DNA from: Saprolegnia diclina VS20
Taxonomy: Eukaryota
Length of the DNA stretch: 64,000 bases
Direction: 5' to 3'
NCBI RefSeq assembly: GCF_000281045.1
Contig: NW_008246068.1
Span: 456,859-520,858 of the forward strand
Part shown: positions 12,053-24,994 of the stretch, one piece after another
Layout: every line of letters begins with the position of its first letter
How positions within the stretch are numbered: the first letter of the stretch is position 1
The notes under the pieces: generated by a model
Told to the model about the DNA's origin: nothing
The model's database searches: none
The model's input: only the letters and a program-made list of their open reading frames with translations
Made by a program: the position numbers and the translations under genes

Positions 12053-15000
12053 CTACGTCGCCGCCAAGCGCTTGGCCTTGCCGACCGGGTAGAAGGACGT
12101 TTCGCCCGCCCTACAAGACACAGACTGACATACGCAATATGTTCGATCGTTGGTTTACATGAGAAGATCCGCAACGTAGCTCTCTTGGCCCGTGTACTCT
12201 TGCGGCCGTTTCTCGTAGAGATGCTAGCCCAATGATGGCGACCTCGACCCAGATTATGATGGCGTCATACCTGGCGGTAGAACATGTATTGCCACATGTT
12301 GTGGTCGTGGCGAACGTGCGCGTCAAAGCCATCGCCGTGCCGCTGAAACTGCAAGCTACGTGGCGTCACCAAAGATACGTCGTCGGACAGGGTGAGCTAC
12401 CTGTCGATGCCGCAAATGAAGCAGTTGCTCTCCATGTCCTTCTCGATCGACGCCCGGTGGTCGCGCAGCTCGCCAAAGGCGTCGATGATGATCCCACCAA
12501 TGATGTTGAGCAAGAGCACGCAAATGATGAGCCAGTACGACACGTCAAACCCGAGACGGAGCACCGAGATGGTCGGGTTGCTCTGCCACGACACGATATG
12601 CATGACGGACGCAATGTCCTAATCCAATCATAGCATGCATTCGACATGGGCGACGCGCATGCGAAACCTGGCGCAGGCCTTGGTTGAAGTGCGTGATGAC
12701 GCACTCCATGAGCGTCCGGCAGCCCGTGTTGACTTCGTCGAGAACGCCATATTGGTCATGAAAAAGCATGTAGCCGACCGCCGTATAGATGTACACGACG
12801 ACGCAAATGAGGTAAAACCTACAAATACAGTGGGCACCGCCTCGTGACACAAGCCAACGTAGTACGTCTGAACGAGCGAGTTGCGGTTCTGCTCGACGGC
12901 CAAAAGGGCATTGGAGAGGGTTCGGTGGAAGCAGACGTCCAAGAGCATGAGGGCATAGCACACGATGCGGAGACCGCGCACCGAGAGCGCAGGCACGAGC
13001 AAGACACAGCCGAGGCAGCTACGCAGATCATCGCGATCACATATAGAGACGTACATCGCAGTACCCGAGAATCGAGTACAGGAGATTGTACTTTGTGTTG
13101 TAGACAACGAGGGCCAACGACGACACGCGGGCTTCGATGGGCACGTCCGTACTTGGCACTGGTGACCGCGACGTTGCTGTAAACGTCTTGCATGTCCCAC
13201 TCGGTACCGTTTGGCGATCAAGTACAAGCTTGACGAGGTCGGACGGCAACGACAGCAGCGCATGGGTTGTCAAAAGCGGTGTCGTCACAGCTTCGTTCTG
13301 GAGCACACGCGGTGCCCCCGCCGTCTCGGCGCGGAGGCGTTGCCACTTGTAGTTGCTCAGAATATACTGTCGTCGCGACACCATCGACACGACAAGGCGC
13401 ACGAGCGACAGCCCAAAGTGCGACACTGCCATGACCACCGCGAGCACGTACACGCGGGCGTCGACGGTCGCCATGTCGCCCGTTCCAAAGCTCTAAAGCA
13501 GCAACTTCTATCGTGTATGAACCATGCATTTCGTACGTGGTTGAAGAGGTGGAGGCCGTTGAGGCCCAGTGCGAGCCAAAAGGTCCTACATCAAGTGCAG
13601 TCAACGCGACTACGAGCTATTGCGTGTAGTACAAGTGCATGACGGGGTCTTCAGCGTGTAGCACGAGGCGGAGCAATGGCGATGGCGACGCATCCAAGTG
13701 GGCGCAGTATTGTAGTTCTTCCAGCAGCAGCACCGAGTACCGGTGAAAGCTGTCCAGCTTGCTCATCTGCGACCGCAAACGTTGAGGCCAAGCTCGGTGA
13801 TAAACGTCGTACCTGGCTGTCTTTGGTAAACATGTACACCATGCGCTCGCGCGAGTCGCGAATGACGCGGTGCTCCCAGTGCGACAGACAAATGTCGGGA
13901 ATCTACACGCGTCTCCTGCTCGCCATACAAAAGCCAAAGCTTCGTACCCGAAAGTAAATGGTCTCGAGGTCGGTCTCGCGCACAATCTCGATCGACCCGA
14001 CGCTCGCTGCGAGCTTGGTCCAGTTGAAAAATGACGGTGCACCTGCCTCGAGCTGCGTCTGCATCGTCGCAACCGCATCATCGCTAGGCGTCAAGAGTGT
14101 CTGAAAGAGAACGTAGACATCGCAGCAGATGGTCCAGTGGCTGCGCACTTTTGCTTGGAGCGTCTCCACCGATACCTCGTCTGCCTCGAGCGATGTCAAT
14201 AGATGACGCTCGTGCTCGGACGCGTCGATCGTCACGGCGGCCTTGGCTACACTCGTCGTCTCGAGAGCGCGTTCGACAAGTCGGGCGTAAACGTCATACT
14301 CGCGCTTGACGTCGTTGCAGTAGGCACTCCACGTCGCCACGTCCAGTGTCGCAAGCATTCGGGCTGGCATGCGAGCATCTCGGTTGCCTTCAAGGATGCT
14401 GTAGACGAGCACGATTGCGCTGTGCTTGAGCTCCTGTACTTGGGTGACGCTACAGTTGTCGTACACAAGCGGTAGTTCTGCGTCCGACGACAAAGACGGG
14501 TGGGTCGCATGGTGGTGGCGCAAAACGTCGTTGATGGCGTGGAGGAGTTCGGTGGAAGCGCCCACAGAGCGTTGGTTGGCGTCGCAGCCCTGCACAAACT
14601 CGGCGAGCGTGTTGAGCGCCTGAACAACGACGCCGAGGTGCATTGCCGACGTGATGTTCCACACCAGCGAGTGCGTGCGCGGATCCACGACCCAGAGAAA
14701 CCCACAGAGGTACGAGATGACTTCGTCGACAAGGTCGTACGTGCGCACAGCGTTGCGCTGGTTCCGTACGTAGTGCTGCATTGGTGCAAAGTGGTTTTCG
14801 CAGAGAAGCCGGAGAAACTCGAGAAGGTCCATCACGATCGGCAAGAGCTCGTCGTCGTGCGGCAGGCGCAAAAAGTGCACGAGACGACTCACAAAGGACT
14901 CGCCAAGCGCTTGAACATGGCCAAACATGTCGGCTTGCACGCGTGGGTTGCCGTCGCGCAGCATGGCCAAGCCGACGTGGAGAGTCTCTTGGACTAGCGT

Positions 15001-18000
15001 CGGATACCCGTGGACGTCGTGAATCGCTTTGGAGAGCAATTGCAGAACCATGGCCCCACCACCAAGGCGAGCGAGTCGGTCTTGTTGCTCGCAGAGGTCC
15101 TCGTCGCGGCCGTCAAGGAGCCATCCAAGAAGGTTCAAATGCACGTGCGGCTGTTCATGGGCGTTGGTCGCGCTCTCTTTGTCGTGCTGGCACATGTAGG
15201 CAATGACGTGACTGACGACATCGTCCATGGACGGTGACAAGAGGGCTTGAACAAACGAAGTTTCGGCTTGGAGCAGAGTCGAGCGATACAGCGCCGTAGA
15301 CTCGAACCCGCTGAGAAAGCCCCGCAGCTGTGCCGGCACAAAGGCTTCGATGGGCGTGTCGACAGTACAATTTGCCGCAGCGTCGACGCGGTACCGGAGC
15401 CGGAAGGACCCCGAATCCTTCCGTGGCCGCATGGACGTCGCCGTCGAGATTGCTCGAATGCGTGGCGCCTCTCGCTTGACCTTGTGCCAAAGCGACTGCC
15501 GCTTGATCTCGCTCTTCCAGACACGCAGGACAGAAATCGTGCGCAGCTTGTGGCTCACGAGGCGCGAGAAGCTGCTCGCAGCAGACGTGAGCGTAACTGA
15601 AGGCGAGTGCTCGGCCAAAATGCTGTTCTCCTTGATGCTCGACACGACTGCAATCGTGGCGGCCTTGGTTCGCTCGGGCAGACGCGGAATGTCCAAAATC
15701 TGTAGCAGCATAAGACAACCGCAAGCCAAGAACAAAGGCACCTTGACGAGGACCGCGACGATGTGCATTGTCACTTGGCTGTGTTTTGCGTGTGCAGTCG
15801 TCAATGTCATAGCGACTTGAGAGAAAAAGTTGGTCAGCATCGGCAGGACGCCGTCGTCGAGAAAAGCCAGAATCGCGCTGAAGATACGCGCCTCGGACGT
15901 GAGCGTCGCCAGCGTCACTTCGACGTTTGCGGGCAGCTCCTTGCCCTCGAAATACTTGGCGTCGGCCATGTGGAGCACGACAGTGAGGTCGTGTACCACG
16001 TACTGGAGGAGCGACCACACGGCGGGGTTCTCGGCCAAGCCAGCGATCGGAATCTGGACGTCAAAGTACGCCGCGTCAAGGAACGCCAAAAGGGCCTTCC
16101 GGACGCTGAAAACGGTGCGACCATCGACGAGCGCGCGTACGATTTCGTTGAGCGAGAGAAGCGACCGGCACTCGACTTCGACGCGGTGGTTCTTGCCTTG
16201 GCTACATGCCGAGAGAAGGTGCAGCAGCGTCGCGTGGTAGTGCAGTCGATGGAGGTCTGGGTGCGCTTTGAGCATGCTCTCGATGCAGTGCGTGCTCGTC
16301 AGCAACACCATCTCGAGTGGCTTGTCGACGCGGGCCATCAAGTCGAGCCGTGCTTGGTACCCTGCCTCTTCCGTAAAGAGGTCGAGAGTCGTCGGGTGCG
16401 ACGAGAGCGCGTTGAAGACGAGCGTTTGGTTGGTCTCAATGTACTCGCCTTGCTTGGTCACGACCAAATGCAATAATACCTCAAGGAGCCGCGACCGCGC
16501 CGACGGCGCTTCGAGGAACGTGGGTGCCACGAGCAAGTCGGCGACGCGGGTCACTTGCGCGGCCGGGATCGATTGCACGAGCGCTTCGTTGTGCCCCAAG
16601 ACGCTGCGCACGAAGTCTAATGCAACATGAGAAACAATAGACAGAGCATAGTATGTACGAGACACTTCGCTCGGGAAGAACGGAAGGTCGCGCAAGAAGA
16701 GATCGACGTGCGCCACAAGGAGTGACTCGAACGAGCGGTCGCAGCCAATCATGTGCACGAGAATCTGGTAGCATTGGCGAATCCACTCGGTGGAAGCACG
16801 CGTCGCTTGGCGTTGGAGAAGGCCAATGACGATCGTGTGGAGTCCAACATGGAAGAGAAGGCGCTGCATTTGCTGGTACTTTTCAAGGGGCTGCGCCGTC
16901 ACGACAGCCAAGGCGCGATGGAGCGGCACCTCGGGGTTTTCGCCGTCCATTGCGTGGGCAATGTCCCGGAGCTCGTCATAGATGCGCTCCCACGCGTCCG
17001 ATGTCAGAATCAAAAGGCTCTCGGCGATGCGCCGGATTTCGGGGAGTGTGTTGAAGTACGAGTAGAGCAAACCGAGCGCCAACATGGTAAGCTCGTGGCA
17101 CCCGTGGCGACAGAGACTGCAGAGCACGTCGACGTAGTGGACATTTGCGTAGCAGTCGTCTTGGACAAGCACCTATGCCACGTTTGATTCCAAGCCTGCG
17201 ATAGTCGTGAGGTAGATATACGGTATGGAAGGCATCTTCGAGAGCCAGGTGCGTCATCGCACTGACCGCCGCACTGTGTTGACGCACAACGTCCACAAGC
17301 GCCGAAACTTGGTTGTTGAGACGCCCCGTCGCAAGCTTGGACAATACATGGCAGATGCGAACCTTGATGTCGACGGCGTCGCCCGTCGCCGAGCCGAGGT
17401 ACGTCACCAGCACGCGCACAAGCGCAGTGAGAAGCTTTGGAGTCTGGTAGTACCCAAGGCAGACGCAGGTTTCTGCGAGTGCAATCACAGCCAAGAGCAA
17501 CTGGCGCGTGCCGCGTGCCAACACTTCGGGATCTAGAGCACCATCACTACCTCGTCAAGATACAGATCTGAGGAACGCACTAGCTGCGATGGTCCGAGTC
17601 AAATAGGTTTCGGCAAACGTCGCGTACGGCGTGATTTGGTCCATGCATTCTTCCCACGTCCACGACGACGACGGGTCCAGAGTACGCGTACACATGGGTT
17701 TGCTCGGCACGAGCCAACTTCGAGCGTACTACCAGCACAGAGTTGAAAAATGATAAGAACGATAGTGTACCGAGACGGCGGAGAAATCTTGCTTGTAAAA
17801 CAGCGTTGACGCGTGTCCGTGGACGTCGTGGGCTGTCATGTATGCGCACAGCCCCGCGCGGATGCAATCGGGAATGGTTTCGTTCTCGAGCAAGCGGAGC
17901 CCGTGGTCGACGACGAATTGCATCAGCGGGCTCGATGGTCGCGCGTCATCGCGGTGCAGCCGTGCGAGGAGGCAAAACGCATTCGCAACATACAGCTGTG

Positions 18001-20213
18001 TTGGCTCGCCGAGCGCACTGGCAACAACCTCCCACGTCGCCGTCATTTGGGGCACAAGCACGAGCACCTACGACGCACACGACGTTCAGACACACAGTTG
18101 GATGCAAAGCAAACCTCCGAGCCTTGCACCACCAACGTAGGCAAGATGTTCCGCACCAAGAGCTCCTCCAGTATGAGCGCTTGGTTCTTGCCGAGCACAA
18201 CGCCATTGCACGTGCAGAGCGTCTCGAGGTAGACCCAGTACTCGTGGGCCCACTCAAACGCAGCCGGTTGCGCCATGCGATCTAGTGTCTCTTGGATCTG
18301 GCGGCGCGAAATGCAATGTAGGAACGACTCGTTGTCGCGCACGCAAGCTGTGAGCGCTTTGGCGACAGCTTCGTTGGCGCCGAGGAGGTCTTGTAGCATC
18401 GGAAGGTACGGGTGGATCGTGCGCTGGCTTGTCGGATCGTCCGTGACGTAGTCCTCGATGAGGAAGCAAAGCGCGCGGACACACGTACGCAGCTCCGCGT
18501 GCCGTTGATACGCGCCTTGATGCCTACAACAGAGTTAGGACAGCACCCAATGTGGGTGAAGTGCCCACGCGTGCAAGATGACTGCAAAGTTGTCGAGGAG
18601 CGACGCCAAGACAGACTGATCCCAGAGGATGAACTTGAGCGACGGGTGCTGGCGCAGGACGCTATGCACCGCCCGTAGGCAAATTTCAAGCGGCTGCACG
18701 TCTTGAAACGTGAGTCCCTTCAAGTGCGGGACGCGCTCTAGCTGTGCGCAGTGTCGTGCAAACTGGTTCTTTGTGAAAAGCACGTCCAAAAGCACATACA
18801 CCTCGGTTGCACTCGGCAAATGCACTCGAAAGACGTCGCTGTCGCGCACGGTGCGGCAGCAGTGGAGCGGTATGGTCGCGTCGTCACTTCCTGCGACACC
18901 GCAGAGCCAGACACCACTCTCGTCGTGCTGGATGTGAAAGGACGTCGATCCAGCGTGCTTGCTTGCGAGCTTAAAGAACGTGGCGGGCCCGTTGTCGGTT
19001 GACGAAGCCGAGATGCACAACGGCGCGTTAGCAGTGATGCCGAGAAGCTTGCCCGAAGCGATGTGGCGCAGCTGAATGACATCGGACGCGATCGCTTGGC
19101 CGCCCCACTTGGCGTGGAGGGGCTCGACCGCCCAGAGTGCGTTCGAGCTCGTTGTAGAGTTTAGAGCCAGAGCGTCTGATGTGAGTTGGAGGACGTGCTC
19201 GCTCTCGACGTGGCAGAAGCGCAGAATATCGCCGCCGCGCAGCGCCGGTATGCTTGACGTTGGCGACTCGTGTTTAGCAAATGGCACGAGCTGCCACCGT
19301 GTCTTGCCATAGCCAGCAACGACATCGAGAATGCTCTCTCGGAAGCGGCTCGTTGCGACGTCGAGGTAGCGCTCCCAGCGGGCGCTGTAGAGATGCACTA
19401 CGTCTTCAATAAGGACAGTGTCGCCATCGATCTTGGTCTTGACTGGAGCTTGCACTTCCAGCCACGAGTCCAGCCTACGAATTGTACTTGCTGCAGCATC
19501 GACTCGCATTCGTACATGTGTACCATTGCTCGCGAGCTGGCACGTCGCAAGCGACATTGAACGCATGTGGGGACTCGAAGCCAACCTGGCAGTGGTCCAT
19601 GTACCATCCATCGGTGAAGGCTCTACCTTCATCGTAAAGGGCTGGACTCCGCGCTCGTTGACGTTGATGCAAAGCACTTGGTTGGTGTGGTAATGGACGA
19701 GCTATACCGTCCAGGTCTATGGATAGAGGTCGCAGGCATGGGACGTACGCGAATGCATTGCCCAAGCTTCACCTCGGTACCATAGCCCTTGCATGTCATC
19801 TCGTGCTCCAGTGCATGCTACATGGACCATCGCATCATCTGGCATGGCGAGGACGCGCACGTGACGTACGCTGTCGAGCTTCCTCTGGAGGTCGACGCGG
19901 ACAATGTCTTCCTTGTTGAGCACGGTCTCCACGCGGAAGACGCATGGAAGGACGCTCTTGGGCTCGAGCACTTCGGTCTGCGTGAGCGTCTCGACCACAG
20001 CCGCTCGATGGACGATCCTACATGCGCAGGATGCATCGATACCGTCACCTCCATCATCATCTTGTTCGTCTACCCCGAGGAAGGAACTGCATGCTCGCAG
20101 GAGGCGAGGAAGCCGATCGCGGGATGGGGGTCCGCGCTCGACTCGGGGGACCAGGACGGGTCGCTGCCTTGAGCGACCAATAGCACGAGGTCGCCGACGC
20201 AGAGCTTGGCCAT
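12053..20213 (-). CDS. ITPR: Inositol 1,4,5-trisphosphate receptor-like Ca2+ release channel, multi-exon
   Basis: N-terminal LCVGDLVLL; MIR repeats (LRGGDILRFCHVESE, QLRHIASGKLL); RIH-type LSACSQGKNHRVEVECRSLL; RIH-associated LEFLRLLCENH...QHYVRNQ and LAEFVQG..ANQ; channel GIIIDAFGELRD...CFICGIDR. Stop at 12053. Confidence 0.9.
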
Positions 20214-20389
20214 ACCCCCAAAAGATCGACGTTTCTTTTTGGCCAATCATATGCCACAGATTAATCCATCAACCAATCCGCGACCGTAGTTGCAGACAAC
20301 CTATGATTGGCCTGTTATTTCAACTGTCGATGCATTTCAGCCAATGGCACGCAGGACGAGTTGGGAGAAACATCATTTGCCAAGTTGCC
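20214..20389. promoter_or_regulatory. 176-bp bidirectional promoter with four CCAAT boxes and an Inr/FPR-like site
   Basis: CCAAT/ATTGG at about 20243, 20273, 20306 and 20341. CATCATTTGCCAAGTTGC at 20371-20388 resembles the oomycete Inr+FPR core. Confidence 0.5.
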
Positions 20390-20686
20390 ATGAGCGCGGT
20401 CTGCGTCGCGAGCCCGCCGATCGAAGACGACTGGGACATGCCACTGCTCTTCATGACGTCGCTGCCGACTAACTTCAAGGTCAACGCTGACATCGCCGCG
20501 CTCGCGAGCTTCACGGACGACTACGAGGTCTCGGATGACGAAGGCCCGTCGCCGCCCAAGACAGGCAAGGTGCAGGACAAGACCAAGTTCCGGTCGTCAT
20601 CGCGCCACGTAGCCAAGCCGTACGCCAAGTCAAAGAAGGCCAACATGGCCGAGCTGCAAGTGTGCATGAAGTTTTTCAACATGTAA
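20390..20686 (+). CDS. 98-aa protein with a Cns1/TTC4 N-terminal-like motif
   Basis: Single exon, strong codon bias, motif MPLLFMTSLPTNFKVNADIAALASF. Confidence 0.75.
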   Translation: MSAVCVASPPIEDDWDMPLLFMTSLPTNFKVNADIAALASFTDDYEVSDDEGPSPPKTGKVQDKTKFRSSSRHVAKPYAKSKKANMAELQVCMKFFNM

Positions 20687-21234
20687 ACGACCCTTCTGTG
20701 TATTTAATACGAGCGCAGCACACGACTGGGTTGCCTTGGCCCTCGACCTCACTGCTGCAGCGTATGCCGAACCATTGCGCCGACACAATACACTTCAAAA
20801 TACAATTGACCACCCGGAGCGGAGCCGGTGCCAAGGTGCGGCAAGTACCTTAGCTTCACGCCGTCCGCACGGTAACGTGGGATGGTCATTCCGCTAGCTC
20901 GTCAAACTAGATCGAGTGCCAATGTCCGCGAGATACACTATTCATCAACGTGCCATGGGCGACGGCTGATCATGAGGAGCAATGGCGAATGCGAGCTATG
21001 GACCCAGTACAGTCGCCGTTGGCTCCGTTGCTGGATGTTCTTTCAGCGGTGCTAAAGTCATCTTCCTAACAGCCCCAGAGTCACCTTCCTACCGGCCACA
21101 GCCCTCTGTCAACCGTGGCCTCCACGTTCATCCTCCACCTCCGTTTCTCAACTCGGTACCAACATCAAGTGACAACTCTGTCCATACGTCATGATACAAA
21201 CGCCTATCATACACTATTTGGCACCGACGGCGGC

Positions 21235-22444
21235 TTACAGCTCGCCTGTCAGCACATACTGAATGTTGAGCATCGTTGTGAACGCGAGGAGGAGCGAGAT
21301 GCTTGTCGCTAGCTTCGACTCGGTGTCTTCGAGCGATTCGGGCAAGAGCTCGCAGATCGCAACAAACGCCATTGCACCGCCGGCGAACCCGAGACCTGCG
21401 GGTAAAATCGGAAGAAACGTCTCGACAAAGAGGAACGACGGCACGGCAAAGAGCGGCTGCGGCATGCTTGAGAGGATGCACCACACGGTCGCCGGCAGCA
21501 GCTTGAGCCCGCGCGGGATGAGCACCAAGCAAATCTGCACGGTAGCATAAGCCATCATGAGCACATTGGACGAGAGAACGCACCGCGAGGCCTTCGGGGA
21601 TGTTGTGGATTGCCAGCGTCAGCGACACGAGGAGGCCGCGACGGTCCCCACCTTCGCCGCCAAACGAGACACCGACACCAATCTAACGCGTATCATGAAC
21701 GGAGCGTCATCAAGCTACTGGACGTACGCCTTCCGAGATCGAGTGCAGCGTCATGACGGCCATGATCAGCAGCGCCTTTTGCGCGTCGAGCCCTATTTGC
21801 CAAGTTCGAACGAGGCGAATAGTGACGGGAAGGCATACCATCCAGGCCACACACTTTGACGTCTTCGTGCTCGTCCAAAATGATCTTGGTCGTCTTGATG
21901 AACGCAATGCCAAAGAGGACACCGAGGAGGAGCCGCACATTGACCGAGAGCACATCGTCGTCTTTGGACTGGACATTGAACGCTTCGTAAAAGAGGCAGC
22001 TCGTCGCTGCCAGCATCATGCCAGCTGCCAGTGCTACAGTGCGAGAGGATGATGACCACGCTTTTTGGGATCGAAGGACCTACCATTGCAGACGCCGAGC
22101 CAAAACTTTTCAATGTCCTTGACCCAGAGAAATGGCACAGCGCCAAAACCCGTCGAGACCGCCGTGAGCCAGCCGCACCACCAGACGTAATGCCAACTGC
22201 GGATGCCACCCGTGTACGGGTAGCTTATCAGCGTCACAGCGATCAAGACCATGGTCACAAGCGCTTCCGGGCGCAGCCATGCCGACGTCGCTGGCTTGAC
22301 GACCTCGGCCTTCTTGAGCGCATCGGCGTCGAGGGCGTCGGCGCCGTCTTCATTGACCTTGAGCGGCTGGACTTCCATGTCGAGGCTTCCCGCCGCCTTG
22401 CGCTCGGTGCACGCAGGGGCGCTTGGCGATTCGGTCTGCGCCAT
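21235..22444 (-). CDS. ZIP-family (ZupT/GufA-like) metal transporter, multi-exon
   Basis: Motifs STGFGAVPF, TLHSISEG, LAIHNIPEGLAV, SSMPQPLFAVP, GFAGGAM...ELLPE. Confidence 0.92.
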
Positions 22445-23500
22445 GCCAAGCAGGAATGAGGTCCGGTATTGCTGTCCTCAGTTAATAATTGCGCGTCATA
22501 AAATACATTTCGCTACGCGTTCGCACGTTCTCTCTGAAAAAACGTATAGTGCGGGGTTTGTTGCCATAAAAATATAGCGGGTCAGAGAAAAGCGCCAGGA
22601 TAAATCCGAATTCTATGTCGGGTGACAGGACAAGGCTAATAACACCACTCTTTGCCACCACCGTCCCTCTCCTTGGGCGAGCGTGACGTGGCACGACGGT
22701 GGCGAGGCGGCATTCACGCGTGCGTGCTCCATTATCTTGTTGAAGGAGGATGCTCTGCGAAGCACCACTGTAAAGAGGGCAAGGGCAGAGAACGTTGATG
22801 GCAATTATGGCCTTGTTTTGCTTTTGGGAGAGACAGCGGCTCGTCTCTGCTTGAAAGTTGCGTGCACTCAGCCAGAAATTTCAACAGGGCAGAATCCTAA
22901 ACGTAGGACAACCCACAGTGTGTTACATACGTGGCGGGCCGGATTCGAAGCGGTCCACGTGCTCATGCTGGGTGCGGCACGCGCTCGATGTCCGAATCTC
23001 TACGCCGAGCCATCCCACGCTGCATCGTCGGTCGCGGATGGTACTCATGCAGCCTGCTTTTCGGATTCAACAAGCAGCAACTTTAGCTGCGCTTGCATCT
23101 GACGGCCGCGCCATGTGCCACCGTCGTCGTAGCATTATGGGTGCATGGCCCATGCAGGCAACGGCGTCCTATCTGCTTCGAACTTCAGAAGCGCCATAGA
23201 AACTTGAGAAAGCTTGGCTGCATGGCCGAGCGACGTTCCGACGTCCTGCGACTTGGCTGTGCGGCACTGCACTCGGCTCGCAGCATCGCGACACTTGATA
23301 TCTTGCAAGTGTCGTCACGAGGCCAAGGGCGTCGGCGGCCGTTGCGAGATCCAGTGGCGGTATGCGAGCACACGTCGGGTTCAGTCCATACCGGGCTAAA
23401 ACGCACGTTTTATTCGTGTTTAAACGCTTATGTCGCGGGTTTTACCTTGGTTTTATTCGAAACGCGTTTTTCTCGCAATTCGATTTTCCGGGCGGCGAGG

Positions 23501-24992
23501 ATGGCCGACGATCGGAAGGCGTGGAGTGCGTCCATGCTCACCTTTCGCGGGTACACGAGGCTCATGAAAATGCTCGGAGACGACGAGCACAAGCATCTTG
23601 ACAACGAGAGACTCGCGAAGCTCGAGTACGTGAGCGTGCGCCACTCGGGCCTCAACTGCGCCAACCCGACCGTGATCGCCATGCCCGCGATCTGCTTGCC
23701 GTTCGACAGGCTTGGCGGCGCCATCGCGCTCCGCGACTACAACGACGTGCAGGCCATCATCGGGCGATGTCGTTGCGGCTACGTGTGCCAGGCCTACTAC
23801 TTTCCGCGCGACAGTACGTCCTATCTTGCGCAAGTTGGCTGGTCGACTCATATCATGGTAGAGTACGGCAATAGCAGGACGGCCATTGCGCTCAAGGTCA
23901 TGGACAAGGATCTCATCGCGATCGAGCGCGACGACACGGACAATGAAGTCCGCATCATGGCCCAGCTGCAACCCCATGGGATGCAAACGCCACTCGCGAG
24001 CAAGCACGTCCTTCGCTGGGACCGCGCCAGGTGCGAGAAGAACGATTACATTGCGACCGAGTACGTCGCGAACGGGTCGCTCTCGTCTTTTATGCGCCGC
24101 GCGTACGAATCGCTGCTCAAGAAGTACGCGCAGAGTACGCTGTTGCCACTCGACGTGCGCCGCAGCGTCGCCCACGAGTTCTTAGCGACCGTCGCGCTCC
24201 CGCTCTATGGCAGCATCCTCCAAGGGCTCGTGTACTTGCACACGCAAGGCGTCTGCCACCTCGACATTGATCCGTACAACATTGCGGTCGGGCGCGAGCA
24301 TGGACCCGAGCCGGCGTCGCCGTACCGGTACTTTGCCACGTACATTGACTTTGGCTCGAGCCAAATCCTCGACGGGCGACTGCTCGTCGGCGCAGGTCGC
24401 GAGAACCCAGCGATCAAGGCCAAGATCACGTACCGGTCGCCCGAGCTCAAAACGAACGCACAAGAACGGACGAGCTACATCAACTTTGTCAAGAAGAACC
24501 GCGGCGCCATGAGCCTCCAGGCGGAGCGCGAGAAGATGCCGAAAGGCTTTGACGGCCGTGCGTCCGACCTCTACTCGGTCGGCGTCGTCGTACGTTCACC
24601 TCTCACGCATTCGCTTCAACGAAAATGATGTCTAGGGCATTGAGCTCCTCTTGTACGGCTACCAGCTGCCGGGCTTTCTCGGGTCCGCCTTTGTCTCGAC
24701 GAGCAGCAACCCCAAGTGGCGTGACTTCTTCATCGATCACTTTGACAAGAGCGTGGTGTGTCCGACCCCGTGTCTCTTTTGCGACCACCACATTACACTG
24801 CCCGAGTCAGCGGTGCAGATCCTTCTGCGCCTCGTCGGCACCGACGTCAAGGCGCGCGGCTTCGCCGACCAAATCGCACTGGCATGGCTGGCCGCGCACG
24901 GCGACAAGACCGACACGACAGCGCCGTACTACGGCGTGGCCACGGCCATGGACGACGTCGATATGGCATCGCATTCGGCGTCGTCGGCCTAA
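23501..24992 (+). CDS. Divergent non-RD Ser/Thr protein kinase
   Basis: IALKVM, NEVRIM, TEYVANGSL, HLDIDPYNI, IDFGSS, TYRSPE, DLYSVG. One short intron near 24590-24635. Confidence 0.85.
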
Positions 24993-24994
24993 GC

